Part shown: in pieces, positions 11,787 through 23,940 of the stretch
How the letters are laid out: each line of letters starts with the position of its first letter
Numbering within the stretch: position 1 is the first letter of the stretch
Source of the DNA: Stegostoma tigrinum
Taxonomy: Eukaryota
Length of the DNA: 64,000 nt
Assembly: GCF_030684315.1 (NCBI RefSeq)
Contig: NC_081369.1
Span: 2,842,689 to 2,906,688 of the forward strand
Direction: 5' to 3'
Translations under genes and position numbers: made by a program
The notes under the pieces: model-generated
Seen by the model: only the letters and a program-made list of their open reading frames with translations
The model's database searches: none
What the model was told of the DNA's origin: nothing

Positions 11787-13219
11787 GTAGTAGTTCTTTG
11801 ATGAGGTTACAAGACAGGTTGACAAGGGTCAAGCAGTGGATGTGGTGCACATGGACTTCAGCAAGGCATTTGATAAGGTTCCCCATGGTAGGCTCATTCA
11901 TAAAGTCAGGAGGTATGGGATACAGGGTGATTTGGCTGTCTGGATTCAGAATTGGTTGGCTGACAGGAGGCAGAGAGTGGTTGTAGATGGTTAAGTATTC
12001 TGCCTGGAGGTCAGTGCTGAGTGGTGTCCCACAGGGCTCTGTTCTTGGGCCTCTGCTCTTTGTAGTTTTTATAAATGACTTGGATGAGGAGGTTGAGGGG
12101 TGGGTTAGTATGTTTGCTGATGACACAAAGCTTGGAGGTGCCGTTGATAGTATCAAGGGCTATTGCAGGCTTCAGCAAGACATTGACAGAATGCAGAGCT
12201 GGGCTGAGAAATGACAGATGGAGTTCAACCTGGATAAATGTGAAGTGATGCATTTTGGAAGGTCGAACTTAAATGCTGAATATAGGATTAAAGGCAGAAT
12301 TCTCGGCAGTGTGAAGGAATAGCGGGATCTTGGTGTTCAAGTGCATAGCTCCCTTAAAGTTGCCACCCAGGTGGATAAGGTTGTTAAGAAAGCATATGGT
12401 GTTTTGGCTTTCACTAACAGCGGAATCGAGTTTAAGAGCCATGAGGTTATGCTGCAGCTGTACAAAATCCTGGTGAAACCACACTTGGAATATTGTGTCC
12501 AGTTCTGGCTGCCCTATTATAGGAAAGATGTGGAGGCTTTGGAGAGGGTGCAAAGGAGGTTTACCAGGATGCTGCCTGGACTGGAAGGATTGTCTTACGA
12601 GGAGAGGTTGACTGAGCTCAGACTTTTCTCTCTGGAGAGAAGGAGGAAGAGAGGTGACCTGATCGAGGTGTACAAGGTAATGAGAGGCATGGATAGAGTC
12701 GATAGCCAAAGACTTTTCCCCAGGGCAGGATTGACTGCCATGGGGATCATAGTTTTAAGGTGTTAGGAGGAAGGTATAGAGGGGATGTCAGAGGCAGGTT
12801 CTTTACGCAGAGAGTTGTGAGAGCATGGAATGCGTTGCCAGCAGCAGTTGTGGAAGCAAGGTCATTGGGGTCATTTAAGAGGCTGCTGGACATGCATATG
12901 GTCACAGAAATTTGAGGGTGCATACATGAGGATCAATGGTCGGCACAACATTGTGGGCTGAAGGGCCTGTTCTGTGCTGTACTGTTCTATGTTCTATGTT
13001 CTATGTTCACTCAGACAGTTGTGAGTGCATAGTTTACCAGTGGTAGTCATGGAAGCAGAGCCATTAGTGACATTTAAGCGACTGCTGGACATGCACATGG
13101 GCAGCAGTGAATTGAGGGGAATGTAGTTTAGGTTATTTTATGTTTGGATTAGGATTATTCCATGGCACAACATTGTGGGCCGAATGGCCTGTACTGTGCT
13201 GTACTTTTCTATGTTCTAT
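11787..13219 (+). mobile_element. Young 5'-truncated CR1 LINE (RT C-terminal half) with two tandem 3' ends
   Basis: [43 protein letters not shown]; (TTCTATG)n at ~12985-13006 and ~13207-13219; absent from gene B. Confidence 0.92.
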
Positions 13220-14406
13220 TACTTTGATCTGTGATCCAAAAATACAGATCCCCTCCATTACTATTGATGCAACAGTAGCAGATCCTGTTTTCCTTTATCT
13301 GTCCTAAATTTCATTGGATAATCAGTTTTCCTGATCATCCTACAGCGATTTTTCATAAAATTAATTACATCACAGCAATTCATTTCTATTTTTTGGCTTT
13401 AAATCATTTACCTTGTTGTCCCTGTTACATGCATCGAGTAGACAGCCCTTGAAATTGTGTTATTTCTCGTGATTTCCAGCTTTGATAATACTTACCTTCA
13501 TTTCCTCTGGCCTTGTTGGGTTGTCACTCCATATTTCAATGACTCAGGTACAGAGGTGCAGATCGCACGTGAAGAATTGCCAATATTAAAGCAATATTGC
13601 ACAAAAGTCTGAGTATATATGTCAAACAAAGTTGATATTTTGTGTTTTGTTCTATGAATGAATGAAATTAACAGTTAAATTATGTCACTGCTTTATATAT
13701 GGCCAGGTTCCCAGTTAATCTGTTGCCTCATGTTTCTATCTGAACAAAAAATCTTCAAATAGAAATTAACATTTTGCTGGAAAATGCTATGAATCATTTT
13801 GTGCACTTTAAAGCTTCAATAGAATTGGATTGTATGTTCATCATCACTAAAAACCTTACTGTCCTATTTATTACCATTCAAGCTGGACTATTGAAAAAAA
13901 ATTACTGAGATCTAATTATTTCATTACTATTCAACTTGCCAATAAATATTTGCTTCTTACAGTATAATTAGATTATTAATTTAAGTATTGAACGGAAAAT
14001 ACGCGGGATGCTAGTTTGAAACCAATTAATACAACCAATAGAGTAGAGTTTTAGTTATTACACACAGTTTGAATTGTACTTTTATTTCCAAATGAAGGGA
14101 TATGTGTATCGGTAACATAATTTACATTTGTAAAGGAAATGCAGATCAATTCCATCAAAATCTACAGCAAAATCTTCACAGCATCTGCAACTTGTTACAG
14201 GATGTAATGTTGAATGATTTTTGTATGAATGTTGAAAATTGATAATGTTGAATGAATGAACTGGATACAGAAGGTTGCATCTGTTAAGAATGTAACAGAG
14301 TGCTGTAGCAAACCCAAGGAGATAAAGTAATTCTCATTGATTACTACATGTTAATTTTTGACTCCAGAAAATATAAATTCATGTGTGTTAAACTTTTACT
14401 TTCCAG

Positions 14407-14517
14407 AGGAAACAAGAGACAGCTGAAGCCAGATTAATGTATGCTGATCTTAAACTGGTCCACTCAAAGGATGCTAAAATTCTTAAGCTCCAGGCTGAAA
14501 GCACAATATATGCAGAG
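14407..14517 (+). CDS. Gene A, cytoplasmic exon 2 (ITIM LMYADL plus TIYAE)
   Basis: TTCCAG| ... GAG|GTACTT, phase 0-0; RKQETAEARLMYADLKLVHSKDAKILKLQAESTIYAE. Confidence 0.85.
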
Positions 14518-14656
14518 GTACTTTTCTGTTCATGTGTTAGAATTCAGTAATTGTTTTCTTGATTATAAGCACTTGGTTTCAAGACAGCATTGAAAAATTC
14601 TCAGCATTTTATGAAATTTGAAGCAAAAATGAACTACTTTCAATGTAATCTTACAG

Positions 14657-14791
14657 ACCAAAGACAGCATGGGAAAAAGCCAGCCAAACTATGCTGCTCT
14701 GAATTTGAAAGGTCCCAAGGTAACCTTGAAACCAGAACAGAAAACTGCAACTCCATTGTATGCAGCGGTGAAAAACAGCAGCCAAATTTAG
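14657..14791 (+). CDS. Gene A, last coding exon (PNYAAL, PLYAAV); whole product is a SIRP-like V-C1-TM-ITIM receptor
   Basis: TTACAG|; TKDSMGKSQPNYAALNLKGPKVTLKPEQKTATPLYAAVKNSSQI, stop TAG at 14789-14791; paralog at 45774-45902. Confidence 0.82.
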   Translation, partial: TKDSMGKSQPNYAALNLKGPKVTLKPEQKTATPLYAAVKNSSQI

Positions 14792-16429
14792 AGATGTATG
14801 GATAAAATCAAATGGTATTGGTATTATGTGTGGTTTGTATCCAATTCTGTCCGGTGCAGTTCTCTTTGTAGTCTTTCACTGCTTTCAAAAAGCCATCATT
14901 GACCTTTTATCTTCCTTTAATGACTCATGAACCAACTCAATTTTGCCACCAAACTTGCTTAAAATGTAACATTTGACTTAGCAACTGGCTTCATTCAAAT
15001 TATTAAACTCATCGTTCTCTTAAACTCTCTGCTATGTTTCACATAATAAGTAAGTACCATTGTTTTTAAGCAGCTTTCTAAAATCTCCTGTACTGTCAGA
15101 TTTTTCTTACCATTTTACTGTTAGTTACATCATGAAAATACCAATATTTTCATTTCCTTTTGTCTTTTCTTTCAGTGTAGGATGGCTCTTGCTGCGTCAA
15201 ACATATGTTTCAGTTGTTCATTGTTTCATTCTTTTAATTTGTTGATGTTTTGTTGCATTTTTTTAATTGACTTGATTGTTCAACCCACAATCATTCAAGC
15301 AATAGTTCTGATTTTATCAGTCCTGTCTATGTCATTCTTGTTCTGCATAAGTATTAATGCCTTTCTTTTTTCTTTTGTGAAGCTGAATAGGCCCAAGTGA
15401 TAATTGGCTACAATTATTGTTCACTCATAGTTGCATCTAAACTTGTCAGGAATGTTTAGGAAGCCAGTAAGAGTCAATCACATGACATTGGGTCTTGAAT
15501 CACATTTTGGTCAGAAAGAAGAAGATTCACCCATTTCCTTCTGAAATGGCATTAATAATCCCAATACCTTTTTATTTTTACAAAAGTCATGAGGGTTATA
15601 TGACCAGAATTTGAATAAATTTCAATTCTGGACTTTAAAATTGGATTCAATTTTCCCCTTCTTCCATCACAAAATGTCAACCCAGGATCTAAGAACATTA
15701 GGTTTGGTTCAATGAATTACGAGACCATGAATATGACCACCATGCCAATGCCTCCTTGACTTCATTAATTGTCGTCTCTTCGACTCAAACATGACTGTAA
15801 AAGTGCATGTAACGGATAGTAGTGCTCTGTCCATCCAATGTTTATACCAATGTTTCAACCTTGATAACCCACCTATCTGGCTGCCAACATTAATGACAAA
15901 ACACCTCCATGTAAAGCTACTTACAGCATCTCAGAAATAAATACCTTGACAAATCAAGACTGTTTCATCATGAGAATCATCATTTCATTTGCATTTCTGA
16001 AATCTACAGTTACTCTGGTTTCATCCTAGTGTCAGGCATAATTTGAGGAATGTCCTGTTGATTGTTTTACTCCAAATCAAAATGTCAAGCATTATTATGA
16101 TAAATAAAGCAGAGATATGTATTCACCAATTTATACTTTATTCAGTCCTACCCTTTCCCTGTGGGATTTAAATACACATAATGCTCAGTGTGGGATTTTA
16201 AAAGAAATAATATTTAGTGCAAGATTAAGTTTCTGATTTTGTGTTACTAACTGGGTATTTTTGAAATTCTGTATCTGAAGTTAATAATTGACTTGGACGT
16301 TTTTTTTTAACCATGACAATTGCTTTACAAAAAGACTTCACAAAACATGGTTGTGGGATGATTAGGTTTTGTGCACTCATGGGCTTTTGTTTGTCACAGA
16401 CTTCATCCAAACTAGCAATGTTAGGGATT

Positions 16430-16910
16430 GAGTCATTGAGACAAAGAGCTATACAGCATGGACATTGACCCTTCAGTCCATCTTGTCCATGACAACCAGA
16501 TATCCTAAATTAGTCTTGTCCGATTTGCCAGCATATTTTCCCATCTCCCTCCAAACCCTTGCTCTGCATGTACCCATCCAAGTGCCTTTTAAACATTGTA
16601 ATTGTTCCAGCATCCACCTCTTCCTGTGGCAACTCATTCCATATATGTGCCAACCTCTGTTTCAAAAACCTGCTTGTTAGATCCCTTTTAAATCTTTCCC
16701 CTCTCACCTTAAACCTACGCCTGCTAGTTTTGGATTCCATCACCCTGGGAAAAAGACATTGGCAATTCATCCTATCTATACCCGTCATGATTTTATAAAC
16801 TTTTACAAGGTCATTCCCCAGCCTCTGATGCTCCAGAAAAACTAACCCCAGCCAATTGAGCCTCTCCCAAAATCTCAAACATTCCAACCCTGGCAATATC
16901 CTTGTAAATT
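16430..16910 (-). mobile_element. CR1 LINE 3' fragment
   Basis: FTRILPGLECL...VYKIMTGIDR...WNELPQE. Confidence 0.85.
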
Positions 16911-18234
16911 GAACATAGAGTTGCAAAAGTAGCCTTTGGGATATCAAATGCTTGTTAGAGAGTGTCAAAATTGTCTTGTTTAAGATTAACTGAAATGTAA
17001 CTATGCTGACAGTGATCCTTTGAATAGTCAAATTCAGTCTGCTTCTTGGAAAAGGATGGATTCACAATCAGGAACTGATAGATGTTGTGAATTAGATGAC
17101 ATGGAATGTAGAGTTTGTGATAGTTAAAAATAGAAGTTTTGGGATTACCAAAATATCCAACTTAACATAAGTTCAGAGACATTCAGGTGTACGTTAGCTC
17201 TCGGGAGAAATTCTCTAGTCTACAATTTGCCATGGCAATTGGCTTAGACTTGCCAAGATGTTACATACAAATGATTTGCATTGAGTTAGATGTATAGTAC
17301 ATTGGAAACTGCACTAGGATTTTGATTTGGGTTCTACTCAAAAGCTAAATTCTTTCTTAGATAGTAGGAACTGCAGATGCTGGAGAATCTGAGATAACAA
17401 AGTGTAGATCTGGATGAACACAACAGGCCTAGCAGCATCAGAGGAGCAGGAAGGCTGACTTTTTTTGGGACTTGCACCTTCTTCAGTTTTTTTTCTGGAC
17501 TGTACGCTTTACTGTGTGCTTAAAATCTTTGAAATTGTTTAGGAAATTGATAGTTTTGATTATCCTATTTGATCTTTGTTCTTTTGTCGTGCACTTAATT
17601 TGTTAATAAAATAAAATATGTAGTATACTGTGCTTTTCTTTCCATGAGATGATGCTTTGTTAAAACCAAACAAACAAAACAATGATCTATCAAGCCAAAT
17701 TCCAAACGAGATCTGATTTTTATTGGTTAAAAGCAGACATCAGCTGGAATCATCACAATGGCCACATCGTGCATCCTTAATCCATGCTTATCTCATCTCA
17801 CAGTTTGGCATTGATAAGCATGTCCTTTGTCATATCTACTTCCGATCTCAAAAATATAAAATACTTCAATTCTCTAGACTGTGTTCTCCAGCTGATAGAA
17901 GTATCCTGAGAATTCAGTCATTTATCTTTGGAGATATAATTTCACTACTTTAGTTTCTGATAACGCAGTGTTTAACTTTTTAGGCATCAAAATTCCTCAT
18001 TGCAGGAAAGCATACTGGGACATTGAAAAATCATATTTTTTGACACAGTTGCACAATTTCTGAAAATCAACATCGAAGCAAAAAGGCAGTATTTTTCCTT
18101 TCATTAAACATGATGAATAAGTCGTGCAAGTGCAAAGGGTTTTGATGAGATCTCAACTGAAATACTGCACAATGTTTTGTTATCACTGTCTAATGTAGGA
18201 TATATGTTTGCTCTACCACATGCAATTGTAAAAT

Positions 18235-19525
18235 GTCAGTCATGAGAAGACCATAGAAAGGGTACAACCAATCGAAAATGCACCAAGTTCTGGAAAATGA
18301 TTATAGCTTTGGTTCAAACATGTACAAAAGAGCTGCCTTCCAGAGGTGAGATGACAGCAATAGTCCTTGACACAAAGGCCACATTCAACTGAGTGTGGCA
18401 TCAAGGAGCCCGAGCAATATTGGAATCAATGGAAATCAGGAACAAAATCTCCACTGGTTGGAGCTATACGGGGCACATAGAAAGATGGTTGTGGCAGCTG
18501 GAGGTCAGTCACCTTGACTCAAGGTCATCTCATCAGGAGATCCCATCATGAGTTCATCAGGATCATATACTCGGCCCAACCATCTTCAGCTGCTTCATCA
18601 ATGACCTTCCCTACGTAATAAGGCCAGTGGTAGGGCATTTTCCATTGATTGCAAAATGTTCAGCACCATTCAAAACTCTGCAAATATTCAAACAGTTCAT
18701 GTGCAAATGCAACAAGATCTGGACAATAAGGCTTGGGCTGGCAAGTGGAGCATAATTCTTGTGCAACACAAATGCCAAGCATTGACTATCTCCATTAAGA
18801 GAAAATCTAACTACAGCTCATTCACACTCAATGACACTATCATCATTGAACCCACCCCCCCAGCCGTAGTACAAACATCACTGGGGTTACCATTGACCAG
18901 AAACTCAGCTAGACTTGCCACATAAACACAATTGCTCCAAGAGCAGTCAGAAGCTTGGAATACTGTGGTGAGTAACGCACCTCTTGACTCCCCAGAGTCT
19001 GTGCAACATGTGTAAGGCACAAGTCTGGAGTTTGACAGAATGCTCCCCTGTTGCCTGGAAAGGTGTAACACCAAATACACTCAAGAAACTTTACACCATC
19101 CAAGACAAAGCAGCCCACTTGATTGCCATTAAATCCCCAAGTATCCATTCTCTGTGCCACAAGCACACAGTAGAGGCAGTGTGTAATATCGACAAGACAT
19201 ACTGCAGAAATCTTCAGGCAGCACCTTCCAAACCCATGACAACTTCTGTCCTGAAGGACAAAGGCAGCAGACATATGGGGACACCACCACCTGTAAATTC
19301 CCCTCCAAGCCATTCACCTGACTGGGAAGCATATCGCCATTCGTTCACAGTTGTTGGACTAAAATCCTAGACTTCCCTCACTGAAGGCATTTTGGGTCAG
19401 TCTACAGCTGGTGGATTGCAACGGTTCAAGAAGGCAGCTCACTAATGCCTGCTGAAGAGCAACTACCGAACAGCAACAATACCTGGCCAGCCAGCAGTGC
19501 CCATGTCCCACGAGTGAATAAAGGA
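18235..19525 (+). mobile_element. Old non-LTR retrotransposon (CR1/L2-group) RT fragment
   Basis: Degenerate LGPTIFSCFINDLP and YKAQVRSxMEYSP motifs; paralog at 49500-50580; related antisense pieces at ~20290-20600, 24000-25090, 50750-52560. Confidence 0.7.
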
Positions 19526-20609
19526 CAATGTCATGAGGATAGTTTAGTGGTGATTTTTGACCAACACACACATATGGGCTGAAACATATTTTTTGTGTTA
19601 TCCATTTTGATGAGTCTATGAGCTGTGACTCTAAAAACACAAACAAAGTTGAAGATCCTGGATAATGTAAGCTACGAAAACTAAGAACAAGCACAATTTA
19701 TAATGTTCCAAAAAAGGAGTAAGCTCAGGATGATTAGGAAGTAACTTATCTGAGTTTGAGGGATTTAAGTTCAAAATCCCAGACCCTAAATTATTGCTTA
19801 GAACTTTGAAGGTGATACTTGGAGCTGAGCGTACTTCAGTATTTTCTGTGAATAATCAGAAGAGAGGCGATCACACTGTCATGACCAGGGCTTGAAATAA
19901 GAGGTTAGGTCAAAGCTACAGATGCGAGAGGGACAAAAACTTTTTCTGGTGTTGCAGCATAATTAAGTGATAGGTTGATATTTATGAAGGGACTTTCTAA
20001 ACTGTTTAAAATATGATACATGTAAGTCACTTGGATTATTCTATTTTTGCTTCATTTAGAATAGACGAATCATAGAAGCCCTACAGTATGGAAGCAGGCC
20101 ATAAAACCCATCAAGTCCACACGAAGCCTTCAAAGAGCATCCCATCCAGACTCAGCCCCTCAGCTTGTCCCTGTGACTCTGAATTAACCGCGGCTTATCA
20201 CCTAGCCTGCATATCTTTGGAAACTATAGGCAATTCAGCATGGCCAATTCAGCTAAGCTGCTCATCTTTGTTCTGGGTTGGGGTATCCAGATTTATGAGG
20301 GCTGTTAGAGCTGCACTCATCCAGGCAAGTGGGGAGCATTCCATCACACTCTTGGCTTGTGCCGTGTAGATGGTGAACAGCCTTTGGAGGGTCAGGAGTT
20401 GAGTTACCCCCTGCAGGATTCCTAGACTTTGGCCTGCTCTTTCTGTTATTGTATCTAAGTGGCAGTCCGGTTCAGTTTCTGGTCAATGGTAAACACCAGG
20501 GTGTTGCTAGTAAAGGATTCAATGACGGAAATGACATTGAAATGTGTTGGGACGATGGTTAGATTGTTTCTGACTGGAGATGGTCATTGACTGGCATTTG
20601 TGTGATGCA

Positions 20610-21360
20610 GAGGGAGGGTGTGGTGAAGCAACAGAGAGAGAGTAATAGTGACAGAAAGAGGGGTGGGAGTGGACAGGAGGACAGAGAGGGCAACAGGGAG
20701 AGTACAAGGAGGAAGGGAGAGGTAGAATGAGGAATAGGGAATAAGAGAGATATAGGAAGAAAAGGAAGAACTGGCTGAGAGAAGGAGGAGTAGTTGAGCA
20801 AGGATGTGGGTGAGATTGCATGGGAACTTGAGGCAGAGAAGAAGGGGAAGTGTGGCAGGATGGCCTGAGACAGAGGGTATGGGTGGTGGGTAGGGACAGG
20901 GGAGAGAGAAAGAGTGAGGTGTTTGAGGGAAGAGGAATATGGGAAAGTCAGAATGAGAGCGAGGTAGAAACAGAGGGCAGGTGATAAAGGAAAAGAAGGG
21001 AGTGCAGGTGAGAGAGAAGCTGAGGGAGTTGGGGGGGGAGGGTGAGTGCAATGGATGGGGAGAGGCATGTTGGTTCCAGAATGAGTGCATATTCTGTTCA
21101 GAGAAAAAGAGTGCTGTAAGATAGCAGCCTAGACAAGAGAAAGAGGGAGAGAGCAAACAAGGGGGAGAGAGAAACAGCAAGAGAGAGAGAGGGCAAGAAA
21201 TAGGAGTGCAGAATGGAAATTGGAAGAAAGATTGGGATGGACAGAGTGTGGGGTTAGTCGAGGTGATATAGGAAGGAGAGAGGGGATGGGAAGGTGAGAG
21301 GATGAGGAGTCAAAGAAGAGAGAGAGAGAGAGAGAGAGAGGTGAGGGATGGACAGGTGGA
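20610..21360 (+). repeat. Purine-rich (GA) low-complexity tract
   Basis: Strong G/A strand bias ending in (GA)n at ~21317-21340; alignable to 30130-30900. Confidence 0.8.
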
Positions 21361-22987
21361 GAGGTTGGAGAATTTGGGATTGTTCTTCAAGGAGAGAAGT
21401 AGGTCAAGAGGAGATCCCACAGAATGTTCAACATTATGGCGGGTCTGGAAAGAGTAGATGGGGGTAACTGTACCCATTATTGACAGTAAATTGGATAATT
21501 GGAAGTAAATTAGTTTCTGTTTTAATTGCCATGGAGAAAAAAGCCAGACTTTTAATATAAATCAATACATGGGTAAATATGAGATATAGATGAAAACATA
21601 TATCTCCAGGTGCAACATAAAGAGCAAAACTGCGAGTAAGAATTCAATGTACCAAAGAGTTTCTTGCATGTCAAAACATTACACTGGATTCCAATGTGGA
21701 CATTAATGTGGTCTTCTATTTTACTCACAGCACTGTTGGCAACATATCCATTGTGAGCAGTTAAATTGATTCAAAAAGTCCATTCTTGTATGATTGAAAG
21801 AAAAACAGTGAAGTGCTTTTCAAATAATTTAGATCATCAGACAAGTGGCAGTGAAGATGAGTAAATTAAGCAAACATGGTTATGAATTAAATGATTCTTT
21901 CAGGCGATTATACAGCTAGACTTAAGTCTGATTTGGAGAAAGTCAGGTGAGGCCCAGACAGCAATGTATTGCAATGTTCCTTTGAGATTACAATGTGAAA
22001 CACCATCTTTATGATGCTTTTCAACTACTTGCTGTGAAACACCCCAGAGTTCACCGCCTACATTCCTAAACTATGTACCAATTGGTCTTTGACAGCCAGG
22101 ACTTCATCCATGCCAAATTGGTATATGCAGCAACTGAGAGACATGGCTAGTCAATTTCACAGTGAGCAGTTCCAGTGTATAATTTTCAGTACTACCACAT
22201 ATAATTTTGAGAGATTTGGAGCAATGAAATAACTTACTGGAGCAGTAGGCTCCACAAACATTCTCAAGCTCGATGATGTGGGAAACCAACACATTACTGC
22301 AAAAGGTGAGGCTGAATCGTTTACAACAAACGTCAACCAGAAGTGTTGAGTGGATGAGCATAGTGGACTCCTCCAAATATCTAAAACATCACTAATGCCA
22401 GTCTTCAGTTGATTTGATTTACTCTACATGATAACACAAATGCTGCAAAGGTTATTGGCTTTGACAACAGTCCAGCTTTCGTACTGAATTGGTGTGCTCT
22501 AGATATGGTAGGATACTGGCCCAAGCTGTTCATGCAGAGATACATCGATGCATTTTATCAGACAATGTGGAAAATTGAAACAAATAAAAACAGAAATGAC
22601 TAGAGAAACATAGCAGATCTGGCAGTTCTGTGGATAGAAAAACAGAGTCAGAGGGGACACAAGTTTTTGTTGATTAAAATGCAAATTCCAGAATCTGATT
22701 CAAATCACTGCCCTGAGATAAGGTTTTATCAGTGTCTGCCGAGCTTTCTAAACTTCAATCAGACAGAGATGCAAAAGGTGACATCTTACATCAGGCATGA
22801 TTTGAAAGTGTGTGGCCTCGCTCACAAACTGTCTCCAAGTTATAACCAGGAATCAGGCTGGTTTTATTCTGAAAGAACGAATTTATGAAATGACACACTG
22901 ACTGACTGCGACTACAAATTGTGTGTTGTGTAAACAAAATAGAATGCATCTGCAAATAGACAAACATCTTGGATGAAATGATTCACC

Positions 22988-22990
<3 letters not shown>

Positions 22991-23050
<60 letters not shown>
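22991..23050 (+). repeat. (TG)30 microsatellite
   Basis: Directly visible. Confidence 0.97.
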
Positions 23051-23054
<4 letters not shown>

Positions 23055-23059
23055 AGAGA

Positions 23060-23940
23060 GATGGCACTGTCAAAACAGGATTGTATGGAAGATTTTGCAG
23101 TGACAGGACAGTGGTGGGGTCAGCAGTAGCATGACATGAACCCTAGGTCACAGTTGATGCCATCTTCATGGGTACAGAATTTGGTGATCAGTCCACCTTG
23201 GAGGGTGCTTAGCCGAAGAATAGAAACCAAATGCTGTTGACTGCTGATGTGTTCCCTGATTTTGTGCAGTGTCCATTCATCGATTTCTGTCATGTCTACA
23301 TGGTCTTGTCAACATACAATAACTTGGGGCGTGCTTGTCCGCAGTGTATGCGATAGACGACATTGGCTGAGCCACATGAATATCTGCCATGGACATGTGG
23401 GGTTGTGTTCCCATGTGTCAAGATGCTCTGACTCATCAATGACATGTTGAAGGCCACAAAGAACATGGCAGAGTTTCTCCACTCCAGGGAAGTACTGGGC
23501 GAAGAAAGGTATCCTATCTGTCATATCCTGCATCTGTCTTCTGAGGAGATTGTCACAGTTTTTCACTGTGGCACGTTGGAACTGTTCATCAATGGGTTGA
23601 GCATTATATCCCATTCCTATGAGGGTGTCCTTCAACACCTTCAGAAGTCCACCACATACCTCCGCATCTGTTCACATCTTGTGTATGAGCAGGGCTTGTC
23701 TGTAGGGAATGGCTTTCTAAATATGTCTAGTGTGGAAGCTAGAGAAGTGCAGCATCATGAGGTTATCCATGGGCTTGCAGTAGAGTGAGGTACTAAGGTG
23801 TCCATCCTTGCTGGAGATGCATGTGTCCAGGAATAAAACTGATCCTGAAGACTAGTCCATGCTTAGCCTGATGGTGGGATGAAACTTGTTGATGTCATGA
23901 AGTAGTTTCAGTGATTCCTCGCTGTGTATCCAAAGGATTC
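23060..23940 (-). mobile_element. Penelope-like element RT C-terminus / GIY-YIG fragment
   Basis: LKDTLIGMGY...IDEQFQRA...DRIPFFAQYFPGVEKL resembles the PLE thumb/linker region. Confidence 0.65.

Noticed and set aside
14590-14805. ORF-track peptide conserved with 45794-46042 (CCSEFERSQ)
   Set aside because: It is an alternative frame of the real last exon; the splice phase selects the YAAL/YAAV frame.
16920-17760. Possible solo LTR (paralog at ~47630-48310)
   Set aside because: It has an LTR-like end and an AATAAA, but I could not define boundaries or a TSD by eye.
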